This document shows, in pieces, positions 28,679 to 38,040 of a DNA stretch of 64,000 bases. Each line of letters starts with the position of its first letter. Position 1 is the stretch's first letter. The stretch comes from Elusimicrobiota bacterium (lineage in GTDB: Bacteria > Elusimicrobiota > Elusimicrobia > UBA1565): assembly GCA_043827405.1 (NCBI GenBank), contig JBDRPD010000066.1, positions 1 to 64,000 on the forward strand, given 5' to 3'. A program made the position numbers and the translations under genes. A model generated the notes under the pieces. The model did no database searches. It worked only from the letters and a program-made list of their open reading frames with translations, and had not been told where the DNA came from.

Positions 28679-30219
28679 GCCGCGCATTCGCCGGCGCGGG
28701 GCCAGTCCGCCGGGGCGGTGAGCAGCGCCAGCTCGATATCGGCGCGCGCTTCGGCGGCGGGGCGCAAGCCCGCGCGCGAGCTCAGGGCGTCCGCCAGGAG
28801 CCGCCGCGCCGGCAGCGACGCTCCGCTCTCCCATGGCTCGCCGCCGGCCGCCAGGCGTTTTTCCAGGGGGGTGATGACCGCGTCGATATCGCTGCGCGCG
28901 GAGCCCGGATCTTTCATCCCGGCATGGACGGCGCTGCGCGTCATGAGGGCGTTGGGGTCTCCCGGCGCGGCCCGTAGGCATTCATCAAGCTTACGCAGCG
29001 CGGCCGCCGCGTCGCCGGAACCGTAAGCGGCGATGGCGGCGTCCATTAATTCCTGGGGCGCTTGTGCGGGCGTCGTCGCGCCCGTTTCTACCGGCGCAGC
29101 GCTGTCTGTTGGGAGGAATTTCTCTTCGAAAAGCGCCGCCGCGCAGGTCAGCCGGCCCGCTTTATCCGCCGCGGATATTTTCAGCCGCGCGCCTTCCCGG
29201 ATCAGCATGCCCTTGCGCAGCAGCGCGTCGAATATCTCAGGAAAAGCCTCTTCCGGATAGCTTGCGAAGGCTTCGCGGAAAGCTTCGCGGTCCACATAGC
29301 CGTCCTCGCCGAGACCCGCGATCAAGCGTCCGCGCATCGCTTGGGCCTGCGACACCGGTCCGCCGGTATAGCGGAGGGCGCCGCCGCGCAGGCAGGTGCG
29401 CACATATAAGAAGAAGCCGCCCGCTTTGGCGTAGACCAGGCGCCTCCCGGCGTAGGATACGGCATGCGATCCGAGTCCGAGAATAGCGCCGCGAAGCTCC
29501 CGCATCTGGCAGAGCTGGGTATTCTTGACGGGCGGTCCATCCTTCTCGGGCGGGGATATGCCGAACGGCAGATTGACGGAGTCGGGTTTGAGCTTGGCGA
29601 CGAGCGCCGCATCCGCCTCCAGCGCCGCGCGGTCCTTCCACGGTCCTTTGAGGTCGACATCGATCGCGCGGATGCCCGCTTTCCGGCAGCGGCGAACTCC
29701 GCGCGCGAAGGCCAGGCGATCCCTTTCGTCTTCCAACAGCGGAAGCCGCGTTGTTATACGGTTCACGCCGTGACGTTTCAGCAGCGCGGCCTTTTCCTGA
29801 TCGACGAGCAGGGCGTCAATCTCGGCGGTGAACTGGTCGGACGCGCTCAGATCGAAGCGGTCATGCAGCCAGGTGAGCAGCGCATCTATCGCTTCCGCCG
29901 GCAGCGTCGTCAGCGCGCCCCGGCTGCCGCCGCCGATATAAACGTTGGCGAAGGGCGCTTCGCCGGCGGGGATAAGCCGTTGGGCCTCATGCTGCAGACA
30001 GCGCAGATAAGGATGCGTGCCGCCGGGAAGGTCCGGCTGCGGGACGCAGGCGAGCTCGGCGGGTATATGGACGTAGAGCCCCAGAGGAGCGGTTCGTTCT
30101 TCGAACGCGCTGCGCCAGGCGCCGCGGATATCGTCGGTTGAGGTTCCCTCGCGGCGGTCCAGCGGCGGGTAGACGAACAGATCGCGCTCGAACCAGTCGG
30201 GGAGAGCTAATCGATCCAC
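28660..30219 (-). CDS. Degenerate HemN-like protein lacking CxxxCxxC, with C-terminal TPR
   Basis: GLYVHIP, VYIGGG, GVNRI and LGLGSHAVSY retained; only one Cys in the cluster loop. Confidence 0.7.
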   Translation of the reverse strand: MDRLALPDWFERDLFVYPPLDRREGTSTDDIRGAWRSAFEERTAPLGLYVHIPAELACVPQPDLPGGTHPYLRCLQHEAQRLIPAGEAPFANVYIGGGSRGALTTLPAEAIDALLTWLHDRFDLSASDQFTAEIDALLVDQEKAALLKRHGVNRITTRLPLLEDERDRLAFARGVRRCRKAGIRAIDVDLKGPWKDRAALEADAALVAKLKPDSVNLPFGISPPEKDGPPVKNTQLCQMRELRGAILGLGSHAVSYAGRRLVYAKAGGFFLYVRTCLRGGALRYTGGPVSQAQAMRGRLIAGLGEDGYVDREAFREAFASYPEEAFPEIFDALLRKGMLIREGARLKISAADKAGRLTCAAALFEEKFLPTDSAAPVETGATTPAQAPQELMDAAIAAYGSGDAAAALRKLDECLRAAPGDPNALMTRSAVHAGMKDPGSARSDIDAVITPLEKRLAAGGEPWESGASLPARRLLADALSSRAGLRPAAEARADIELALLTAPADWPRAGECAAQLCAS

Positions 30220-31463
30220 TTAATATCCTTTTCTCTCTGCGCACTGCGCGGCAGGGTGACGGTGAGCGTCGTCTCCTTGCCGAGGGTCGACGTTATGGAG
30301 ATCGCGCCTTTATGGGCGTCGGCGATCTTTCGCGCTTTCCATAATCCGAGACCCATCCCCGCGATCTTGGCGTTTATTTTGTTATCGGCGCGGAAGAATG
30401 GGCTGAATGTCCGGGACAGCTCATCATGGGTCATGCCGATCCCGGCGTCCGATACCGCGAACGTATGCGACTGTTCATCCTCCCGGTAGGTGACGACGAC
30501 CTCGCCGCCGGCCGGCGAGTACTTGATGGCGTTCTCTACTAGGATGTGCAGCAGTTCCCGGAGGAAGTGCGGGTCGCCGTGCAGCGCGAACCGCTCGCCG
30601 AAGCAGTTCTTAACCAAGGATAATGATTTCTCCCGCATGGCCGCGGTATGCTTGTCGCAAACAGTATCCACCAGCTCGCGCGGGTCCATTTGAATCTGCG
30701 TCAGGTTCGGTTCCCAGTTAAGTATGCCCTCTTCGCTTGAAAGCGCGACGAATCGGGTGCGCAGACGCTTGGTCGAGCGTTCCAGCGCGTCGCGGAGAGC
30801 GGCTGGATCCGCCGAAGAAGCGAGGCTCGCATCCAGTTCCCGGTGAAAGCTTCGCAGTTTGGAGCCGACTGAGCGCAGCAGATCGTTGGCGACTTTTTCC
30901 TTAAGCTTCTCTTCGGCAAGGAGTTTGCTGGCTTGGCGCGCGCAGCCGCGGAAGCCGCGAAATACATCCTTTTCCTTCAGCACGTATAGGTCTACGATCA
31001 GCTCAATCCGGCCTCCGGTCTTTTGTGCGCCGGCCATCGGCAAAGTACAGCGGATCTGCCCGGCCCGCAGGAAAGAAACTCCCGGCGTCCCCTTCTCGCA
31101 TTTCAGGAAGTCCCAGAGCTTGCGCCCCTTGAGAAAATCGGCGTCATAACGTAGGAACTGGGCCATGGCCGTATTGATCTCAAGAACCTTCCCCTGCTCA
31201 TCCACGCGGAATACCCCGTCGTGGATCCGTTCCAGGAAGGTCTGCAGTTCGACTTCGCTGCGGAAGGCGCGCCCCTCCGAGTCCTTTACCATCTGGTCTA
31301 CTTTGCAGGCGGAGGCCAAGGCTCCAAGCAAGGTGAATAGACAGACGAGAGTTACGCCTAATAGTATCGGAGCGCTTGCGAACTTCCCCTGTCCGAAGAC
31401 GTAGGCGATCGGCAGGCTGCAGAAAGCGAAGATGGCGAGAAAAATTTTGGCGCGGAAAGTCAT
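30207..31463 (-). CDS. Membrane PAS sensor histidine kinase-like protein (degenerate H-box)
   Basis: 2 TM, PAS, ENAIKYS, DAGIG, FFRA, GMGLGL; H-box position reads VANDLLRS. Confidence 0.8.
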   Translation of the reverse strand: MTFRAKIFLAIFAFCSLPIAYVFGQGKFASAPILLGVTLVCLFTLLGALASACKVDQMVKDSEGRAFRSEVELQTFLERIHDGVFRVDEQGKVLEINTAMAQFLRYDADFLKGRKLWDFLKCEKGTPGVSFLRAGQIRCTLPMAGAQKTGGRIELIVDLYVLKEKDVFRGFRGCARQASKLLAEEKLKEKVANDLLRSVGSKLRSFHRELDASLASSADPAALRDALERSTKRLRTRFVALSSEEGILNWEPNLTQIQMDPRELVDTVCDKHTAAMREKSLSLVKNCFGERFALHGDPHFLRELLHILVENAIKYSPAGGEVVVTYREDEQSHTFAVSDAGIGMTHDELSRTFSPFFRADNKINAKIAGMGLGLWKARKIADAHKGAISITSTLGKETTLTVTLPRSAQREKDIKWID

Positions 31464-31969
31464 GGGCTGAGGCCGAAGAATGTCTTTACCCGCTCCGCCA
31501 GGGTCGTGGATGGCATGGCCGATGGGTCGAGTCCGAGCACGCGGACTCCCTTGCGCTCGGCGACGGCGAACGCCATCTTCTCGGCAAGTATCGGATTGGC
31601 TTGGACGATACGGCGCAGACTCTCTGGTCGGAGGACGAAGAGGTCGGCATCTCCGTCGGCGGTGACGGAAGCGTTGCAGACTTCACCGGTGAGAATGGAT
31701 ACCTCGCCGAAGGAGTCGTCGCCTGTGAGATCGGCGAGGTGTTCCCTGCCGTCGGGGGTTTCCGCCCAGACCGTGACGCTGCCGCTGCGGATAATGTAGA
31801 AGGCCTTGCTCCTCTGGCCTTGGCGGATGATCGTTTCCTTGTCGCCGAACTGTATTTTCTCTATGGACTGGACGAGCTCGGTAAGCTCCTCTTCCGAATG
31901 ATAGCTCAAGAAGTCCACGCTTCTGAGCTTTTCGAACAGCCATTTTACATCCGCCGCTGTTAGTTTCAT
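31460..31969 (-). CDS. Cyclic nucleotide-binding domain protein
   Basis: IIRQG..FYIIRSG.V, FGEVSIL. Confidence 0.85.
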   Translation of the reverse strand: MKLTAADVKWLFEKLRSVDFLSYHSEEELTELVQSIEKIQFGDKETIIRQGQRSKAFYIIRSGSVTVWAETPDGREHLADLTGDDSFGEVSILTGEVCNASVTADGDADLFVLRPESLRRIVQANPILAEKMAFAVAERKGVRVLGLDPSAMPSTTLAERVKTFFGLSP

Positions 31970-32033
31970 GGAGGTGCTTGCCGCCGTTTCTGAATTTCAA
32001 TTATTGTAGCAACTAAATTCGGTATTTGCGCTG

Positions 32034-32116
32034 GGGCCATGTGGTCCCTTTTGTATGGGTAACCAGGTCCGTTTTTCTCGGGTCTATTACCCTTTTGGCG
32101 TTAGGCCATGCGGTTC
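32034..32116 (+). promoter_or_regulatory. Array of four 14-bp quasi-palindromes at exact 23-bp period
   Basis: GGGCC-ATGT-GGTCC (32034), GGGTA-ACCA-GGTCC (32057), GGGTC-TATT-ACCCT (32080), AGGCC-ATGC-GGTTC (32103); TATAAT at 32140. Confidence 0.6.
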
Positions 32117-32152
32117 AGGTCGCCACACTTTGAGGTGGGTATAATTGAAATA

Positions 32153-34093
32153 ATGATCCGCGCAATGCTTTGCCTGCTGCTGCTGGGGCAGCCGATTCAA
32201 GCCGCCGTTTTGCGCGCGCCCGTGCGGATAAACGCGGGAGCCGGTGTCGCGGGCTCCGCCGGCGCGGCGGTCGGCGCACCGATTTCACCGAGCGGGCTTA
32301 CCCGGCAGACCATGCTTAATACCGCAGCGGCCTTGCCCTCGGTCGATTTGCCGAAGACGTCGGTAGCTCCGGCGATCCAAGCCAAAGTCGCAGCGAAGCA
32401 GCCCGAGGTCAAGACGGAGGCGCTGCCCAAGGCCGGCGGCGTAGAGACGGGAAGCGCGCGGACGTCGGCGGTCAGGTCCGCGGTGCGCGGCGATAAGAAA
32501 GGAGAAAAGGGCGTCCTGCCGGAGGGGGCCTTTGCGGATCATTCCGAGGAATTGACGCGGCCGCGGCCCGGGCTGCTGGGCGCGGGTTTGAAAGCGGCGG
32601 CTGATGCCGAATGGATGCGGCTTATGGGTGAGGCGCATAAGCCGCTCAATATTCTCATGGCCGCGGGCGAGGCGTATCCCTTCGTTAAGACGGGGGGGCT
32701 GGCTGATGTCGTCGATGATGTCAGCCGCGGCTTGGCCGCTCGCGGCCATCATGTCACTCTCGTGCTGCCGAAATACGCGGATATCAGCGAGGAGCAGTTC
32801 GGCATGAAGCGCCTGCCCGGCGCCTTCGGCGTTCCTGTCGGAGATCATGTCGAGACCGCGCGGCTGTGGCGGGCGGAGCATGAAGGCGTAGAGGTCTTAT
32901 TCGTTGAGAACGAGGAGTATTTCGGCCGCCGCGGCGCCTACGGGCATATGGGCTACGATTATGTGGACAATGACTCGCGCTACATTTTCCAATCGCGTGC
33001 GACGCTGGAAGCGGTGCGCTTCCTCGAGCGGCAGGTGGATGTGGTGCATGTGCACGACTGGCAGGTCGGGCTCATCCCCGCCTATCTCAAACTGATCTAC
33101 AATGCGGATCCGCTGTTCTCCGCTGCGCGTTCGGTGATGACCATCCACAATTTGGCGTATCAGGGATTTTTCCACAAGGACACTTTGCTGCGGGCGGGCT
33201 TCTCCATGAAGGACTATACGTTCGATAAGCTGGAGTATTATGGGAACTTCAGCTTCCTCAAGGCGGGCCTCGCCTTTGCCGACGCGCTCACCACGGTGAG
33301 TCCGACCTACGCTAAAGAGATTCAGACCGAGGAGTTCGGTCACGGCATGCACGGTTTGCTCAGTAATCGCAAAAAGGACCTCGTCGGGGTTCTTAACGGG
33401 ATTGATTTGGACGCTAATGATCCGCGTACCGACAAGGTGCTGGAGGAGCAGTACGGTTCCGATACGGTCGCGAGCGGGAAAGCGAAGAACAAGGCCGCGC
33501 TGCAGCAGGCGTCGGGGCTGGCGGTGGACCCGGGGGTTCCGATCTTCGGCGTCGCTTCCCGGCTGGCAGGGCAGAAGGGGATTGACCTGATCGCCGAATC
33601 GATCGACAAGATCGTCAAACTCGGCGCCCAGGTTTACATTATCGGCTCCGGCGAGTCGGACCTTGAGGACGCGATTGACCGCATGGTGCGCCGATTTCCG
33701 AAGAACGTGCACCGCCACGGCTTCGACACGGCGTTTGTGAAAATGGTTTACGCCGCGAGTGATTTTCTGCTTATGCCGTCGCGCTTCGAGCCTTGCGGGC
33801 TGTCGCAGCAGCTGGCCCAGCGTTATGGGACTTTGCCTATCGCCAGCAGGACCGGCGGTCTCGCCGATACGATAATCGACGTGAGAGATAATCCGCGGCG
33901 CGGCGACGGTTTCTTCATCCGCGACCTTACCGTTGCCGCCATCGTGGAAACGGTTAAAGACGCCATCGCACACTTCCGGAACAAGAAAGTGCTGGCCCGT
34001 TCGCGCCGCGTCGCCATGCTCAAGAACATGTCCTGGGAGAGTTCCCTGAACCGCTACGTCGACCTTTACCGCAGTCTCCTGTCCCGGGAATAA
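32153..34093 (+). CDS. glgA: Glycogen synthase with N-terminal signal peptide and low-complexity extension
   Basis: KTGGLADV, HDWQ, TIHNLAYQG, MPSRFEPCGLSQ, TGGLADT; ~160-aa extension starting MIRAMLCLLLLGQPIQA. Confidence 0.9.
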   Translation: MIRAMLCLLLLGQPIQAAVLRAPVRINAGAGVAGSAGAAVGAPISPSGLTRQTMLNTAAALPSVDLPKTSVAPAIQAKVAAKQPEVKTEALPKAGGVETGSARTSAVRSAVRGDKKGEKGVLPEGAFADHSEELTRPRPGLLGAGLKAAADAEWMRLMGEAHKPLNILMAAGEAYPFVKTGGLADVVDDVSRGLAARGHHVTLVLPKYADISEEQFGMKRLPGAFGVPVGDHVETARLWRAEHEGVEVLFVENEEYFGRRGAYGHMGYDYVDNDSRYIFQSRATLEAVRFLERQVDVVHVHDWQVGLIPAYLKLIYNADPLFSAARSVMTIHNLAYQGFFHKDTLLRAGFSMKDYTFDKLEYYGNFSFLKAGLAFADALTTVSPTYAKEIQTEEFGHGMHGLLSNRKKDLVGVLNGIDLDANDPRTDKVLEEQYGSDTVASGKAKNKAALQQASGLAVDPGVPIFGVASRLAGQKGIDLIAESIDKIVKLGAQVYIIGSGESDLEDAIDRMVRRFPKNVHRHGFDTAFVKMVYAASDFLLMPSRFEPCGLSQQLAQRYGTLPIASRTGGLADTIIDVRDNPRRGDGFFIRDLTVAAIVETVKDAIAHFRNKKVLARSRRVAMLKNMSWESSLNRYVDLYRSLLSRE

Positions 34094-34125
34094 GCGCTGA
34101 AAAATAGTATTCTCCCCTCACCACT

Positions 34126-35277
34126 GTGACGAAGCGTGTTCTACCTGTAGTCGCTCTGTTGGCGCTGGGCAGCGTGGTCGGCTTGCTGCTGCTGGAAGGC
34201 CTGCTGCGTCTTGCCGGCGTTTCCTATCCGAACTTCTACGATTACGATTATGCTCGCGGCGGGGCTTTGCGTGCGGGCGCGGCGGGCTGGTGGACGCAGG
34301 AAGGACGCGCCTATATCGAGATCAGCCGCGACGGCCGGCGCGACCATGATTATCCCGAGCAGAAGCCGGCGGGGACGCTGCGCATCGCCGTTCTCGGCGA
34401 CTCTTATGCCGAAGCCCTGCAGGTCCCCGTCGAAGAGACTTTCTGGTCTGTCCTGGGCGGGCGGCTGGGAGCCTGCGGCGCGTTCAGCGGCCGCAAGGTT
34501 GAGGTTTTGAATTTCGGCGTCTCCGGCTACGGGACGGCGCAGGAATGGATCACCTTGCAGAAGCATGCCTGGCGCTATTCTCCGGATATCGTCGTGCTCG
34601 CTTTTGCCGCCGGCAACGATGTGCGCAACAACTCCCGGCAGCTCGACGGCGATCCGGTGCGCCCGTTTTACCTTTACCGCGACGGCAAGCTGGTTCTGGA
34701 TGAATCATTTAGAGAACATTCCCGCTTCCGGCGGGGGACTTCGGGCATCCGCCCGGTTCTGGGACGGTGGCGCAACCGTCTGCGTCTGCTGCAGGTCCTA
34801 TTTCGAATCAAAGACGTCGTGCGGGTTCGCCGCGAAGTGCGCTCGGCGGCGGAAACCGCCGCCGAACGGCCGGCCTTTGAGCCGGGGTTGGACGCCGCCG
34901 TCTTCGCGCCTCCCCAGGACGAAGCGTGGCGGGAAGCCTGGCGGGTCACTGAGGGCATTATCGCGGCGATGAACCGCGAGGTCGCCGCGCGCGGCGCCGA
35001 GTTCTGGGTTATGCTTGTCACCGCCGGCATCCAGGTGCGGCCGGAAGGCGCCCAGCCGCTCGACTATCCCAATCGCCGGCTGCTCGACTTGGGCCGGCGT
35101 GAAGGCTTCCCGGTGGTCGATCTCGCGCCGCCGCTGCGGGATTATGCGGAGAAACACAAGACGTTCCTCCACGGCTTCAGGGAGCAGGAATTGGGACGCG
35201 GACACTGGAATGCGCTGGGCCATCGTCTCGCCGGGGAAGAGGTCGCCCGCCGGCTTTGCGCGCGGAAAAATAAGTGA
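34126..35277 (+). CDS. Membrane-anchored SGNH/GDSL hydrolase family protein
   Basis: LGDSY, NFGVSGYG, GND, GHWN..GH. Confidence 0.85.
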   Translation: MTKRVLPVVALLALGSVVGLLLLEGLLRLAGVSYPNFYDYDYARGGALRAGAAGWWTQEGRAYIEISRDGRRDHDYPEQKPAGTLRIAVLGDSYAEALQVPVEETFWSVLGGRLGACGAFSGRKVEVLNFGVSGYGTAQEWITLQKHAWRYSPDIVVLAFAAGNDVRNNSRQLDGDPVRPFYLYRDGKLVLDESFREHSRFRRGTSGIRPVLGRWRNRLRLLQVLFRIKDVVRVRREVRSAAETAAERPAFEPGLDAAVFAPPQDEAWREAWRVTEGIIAAMNREVAARGAEFWVMLVTAGIQVRPEGAQPLDYPNRRLLDLGRREGFPVVDLAPPLRDYAEKHKTFLHGFREQELGRGHWNALGHRLAGEEVARRLCARKNK

Positions 35278-35723
35278 TACGATACAGCGTGCGGCGGCGA
35301 GGGCGTTTGGGTTTTACCTTGATCGAGCTGATGATCGTGGTCGCGATCATCGGGATTCTCTCGCTGATCGCGCTGCCCAAGTTCGCCGATATGGTCCGCA
35401 AAGCCAAGGAGGGCGCGACCAAGGGCCGGCTCGGAGCGGTGCGCAGCGCGCTTATGATCTACTACGGCGACGCGCCGGGCTTTTTCCCGAATGATCCCTC
35501 GGTGTTGACCGCCGGAGCATCGTATCTTGACGCGTTCACCGCTGCCGAAACCCCGAACTATCACCCGAAATCGGCTGCGGTTGTGCTGGGCAGCGGTGCG
35601 GCGGCCCTCACCGATGCCGGCGGTTGGGGATATGTCAACGATGCGACGTCCCAGTGGTACGGGACCATCGTCGTGAACTGCACGCATACGGATTCCAAGG
35701 GATCCATCTGGACGGATTATTAA
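35274..35723 (+). CDS. Type IV pilin/pseudopilin
   Basis: GFTLIELMIVVAIIGIL..IALP prepilin motif. Confidence 0.92.
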   Translation: MIRYSVRRRGRLGFTLIELMIVVAIIGILSLIALPKFADMVRKAKEGATKGRLGAVRSALMIYYGDAPGFFPNDPSVLTAGASYLDAFTAAETPNYHPKSAAVVLGSGAAALTDAGGWGYVNDATSQWYGTIVVNCTHTDSKGSIWTDY

Positions 35724-35743
35724 TATATGGGAGCGGAGTACCG

Positions 35744-36721
35744 ATGACTAAATATCAAACAGCTGCTTTTGCCGTCATCCTCACGATTCTGGCTGGCGGG
35801 CGATCCTTCGCCGAGAGCCCCGCGCGCTACGGCGTGGGCGTCTATGGCGGCGCCGCGCTGCCGATTATGGGTAAGCGGATACGTGAGATCACCGACAATG
35901 GCGGCCATATCGGATTCATCGTCCGCCGCAGCATGGCGCCGCGCTGGGAGGCGGCAATCTCCGTAGAACGGCTCAACGTACAGCGGGTGGACGTCACTCC
36001 CTTCTTGTTCTCCGCTATTTATACCTTCGCGCCCGAGGCGGTCGTCACTCCCGTCGCCCGGCTGGGCTTCGGCGTGGCGCGCGTTCACGGGGTCGGCGGA
36101 CCGACGGATATGGACGAGCGGCTGGCCTTCAAGCCAGGTATCGCTTTGGAGGGACGGATCAGCCGGGATTTCCGCTTAAGCGGCTACGCTGATTTCCTGT
36201 GGTCGCCTCAGGCGTCGCATGATGATAAGATTTTCGGCGCCTTTACTCCGGGAGTGTTGCTCACCTATTTTTTCGGCGCGACCAGCGCCGCGACGGTTAA
36301 GGCGCCGCCGGAACCGGTCGTTGAAGATTCTCCAGCGGACGAATCGCCGGCCGCTCTCCCGCCTGGAGAGAAGGTGCGGATCACGCTGAACGTCGAGTTC
36401 GATACGGACAAGTCCGAGGTTAAGGAGCAGTTTCGCGGCCGCATCAAGAAGGTCGCGGACTTCATGCAGGCCTACCCCGACACGACCGCGGAAATCGAAG
36501 GCCATACCGACAATGTCGGCGACGCCGCCTACAACCGGGCGCTGTCGGGCCGCCGCGCCGAAAGCGTGATGAGCTACCTGATCGAGGAGTTCGAGATCAA
36601 AGAGGAGCGCCTGTCTGCCGTCGGCTATGGCCCGGACCAGCCGGTCGCTTCCAATGCGACCAAGGCGGGACGCAGTCAGAACCGCCGCGTCGTGGCAACG
36701 CTGAGCGCCGTAAAGGAATAG
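35744..36721 (+). CDS. OmpA family protein (beta-barrel + peptidoglycan-binding domain)
   Basis: Signal peptide from ATG 35744; IEGHTD, LS.RRA, GR..NRRV. Confidence 0.9.
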   Translation: MTKYQTAAFAVILTILAGGRSFAESPARYGVGVYGGAALPIMGKRIREITDNGGHIGFIVRRSMAPRWEAAISVERLNVQRVDVTPFLFSAIYTFAPEAVVTPVARLGFGVARVHGVGGPTDMDERLAFKPGIALEGRISRDFRLSGYADFLWSPQASHDDKIFGAFTPGVLLTYFFGATSAATVKAPPEPVVEDSPADESPAALPPGEKVRITLNVEFDTDKSEVKEQFRGRIKKVADFMQAYPDTTAEIEGHTDNVGDAAYNRALSGRRAESVMSYLIEEFEIKEERLSAVGYGPDQPVASNATKAGRSQNRRVVATLSAVKE

Positions 36722-36727
36722 CCGGAG

Positions 36728-37234
36728 CTACCGCCGCCGCAGGCGGCTCCTGGATATTCGGGGGCGCTTGCGAGTCAGCACCATGAAGGTGTGGGGCAGG
36801 GGCTCGGCGAATCTCTTCTGCTCGGTTACCGTATAGTCCGTCGGTTGGAACTCCGGGAAATATGCGTCGCCGATGAGTTCGTCGTGGATCAGGGTGAGGT
36901 ATATCCGGTCGGCGCGCTGGATGGCTCGCCGGTAGATTTCCTCGCCGCCGATGACAAAAACTTCGTCGCCTTTGGAGCGGCGGATGGCTTCATCAAAGGA
37001 ATGGACAACGACGGCGCCCTCCCGTTCGTATTTCCGGTCCCGCGTCATGATGATATTGGTGCGGTTGGGCAGCAGTTGGCCGATCGATTCGTAGGTTTTT
37101 CTCCCCATAATCACGGCATGTCCGGTCGTAATCCGCTTGAAGCGCTTCAAGTCCTCGCTGATATGCCAGGGGAGCCGGTTGTCCCGGCCGATCACGCGGT
37201 TTTCCGACATGGCGACGATGATGGATACGATCAT
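36728..37234 (-). CDS. folA: Dihydrofolate reductase
   Basis: VIG.DN.LPW, IMGRKTYESI, IGG, GDAYFP. Confidence 0.96.
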   Translation of the reverse strand: MIVSIIVAMSENRVIGRDNRLPWHISEDLKRFKRITTGHAVIMGRKTYESIGQLLPNRTNIIMTRDRKYEREGAVVVHSFDEAIRRSKGDEVFVIGGEEIYRRAIQRADRIYLTLIHDELIGDAYFPEFQPTDYTVTEQKRFAEPLPHTFMVLTRKRPRISRSRLRRR

Positions 37235-37236
37235 GC

Positions 37237-38031
37237 TCAGACCGCGATGGGCGCCTTGATGGCGGGATGGGGGGAGTAGCCGCTGATTTCCACGTCTTCG
37301 TATTTAAAGTGGGAAATATCGCGCACGTCAGGGTTGAGCCGGAGCGTCGGCGGCGTGCGCGGCTCGCGCGTGAGCTGGAGGCGCGCCTGTTCGAGGTGGT
37401 TGGAATACAGATGCGCATCGCCCAGCGTATGGACAAACTCTCCGGGCGTCAGGTCCGTCACCTGTGCGATCATCGCCGTTAGGAGAGCGTAGCTGGCGAT
37501 GTTGAAAGGAACGCCTAAAAAAACGTCGGCCGAGCGCTGATACAGCTGACAGGAAAGGCGGCCGTTCGCGACATAGAACTGGAACAGGGCATGGCATGGC
37601 GGCAGCGCCATCTTATCGAGCTCGGCCACGTTCCAGGCGGAGACGATGTGCCGGCGGGAATGCGGGTCCCGGCGGAGGCCGTCGACAACTCCCGCGATCT
37701 GGTCGATGGCGCCGCCGCCCGGCGCCGGCCAAGCGCGCCACTGACGGCCGTATACCGGGCCCAATTCGCCGTCGGCATCCGCCCATTCGTCCCAGATGGA
37801 GACCTGGTTGTCGCGCAGATATGCGATATTCGTGTCGCCGCGCAGAAACCAGATCAGCTCGTGGATGATCGAGCGGATATGACATTTTTTTGTGGTGACC
37901 AGCGGGAAGCCCGCGGCGAGATCGAAGCGCATTTGACAGCCGAATACGCCGCGCGTGCCGGTCCCCGTGCGGTCGGACTTCTCCGTACCGTGCGCCAGGA
38001 CATGCTGGAGCAGCTCAAGGTAGGGACGCAT
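37237..38031 (-). CDS. thyA: Thymidylate synthase
   Basis: [28 protein letters not shown]. Confidence 0.97.
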   Translation of the reverse strand: MRPYLELLQHVLAHGTEKSDRTGTGTRGVFGCQMRFDLAAGFPLVTTKKCHIRSIIHELIWFLRGDTNIAYLRDNQVSIWDEWADADGELGPVYGRQWRAWPAPGGGAIDQIAGVVDGLRRDPHSRRHIVSAWNVAELDKMALPPCHALFQFYVANGRLSCQLYQRSADVFLGVPFNIASYALLTAMIAQVTDLTPGEFVHTLGDAHLYSNHLEQARLQLTREPRTPPTLRLNPDVRDISHFKYEDVEISGYSPHPAIKAPIAV

Positions 38032-38040
38032 GATCGCAAA

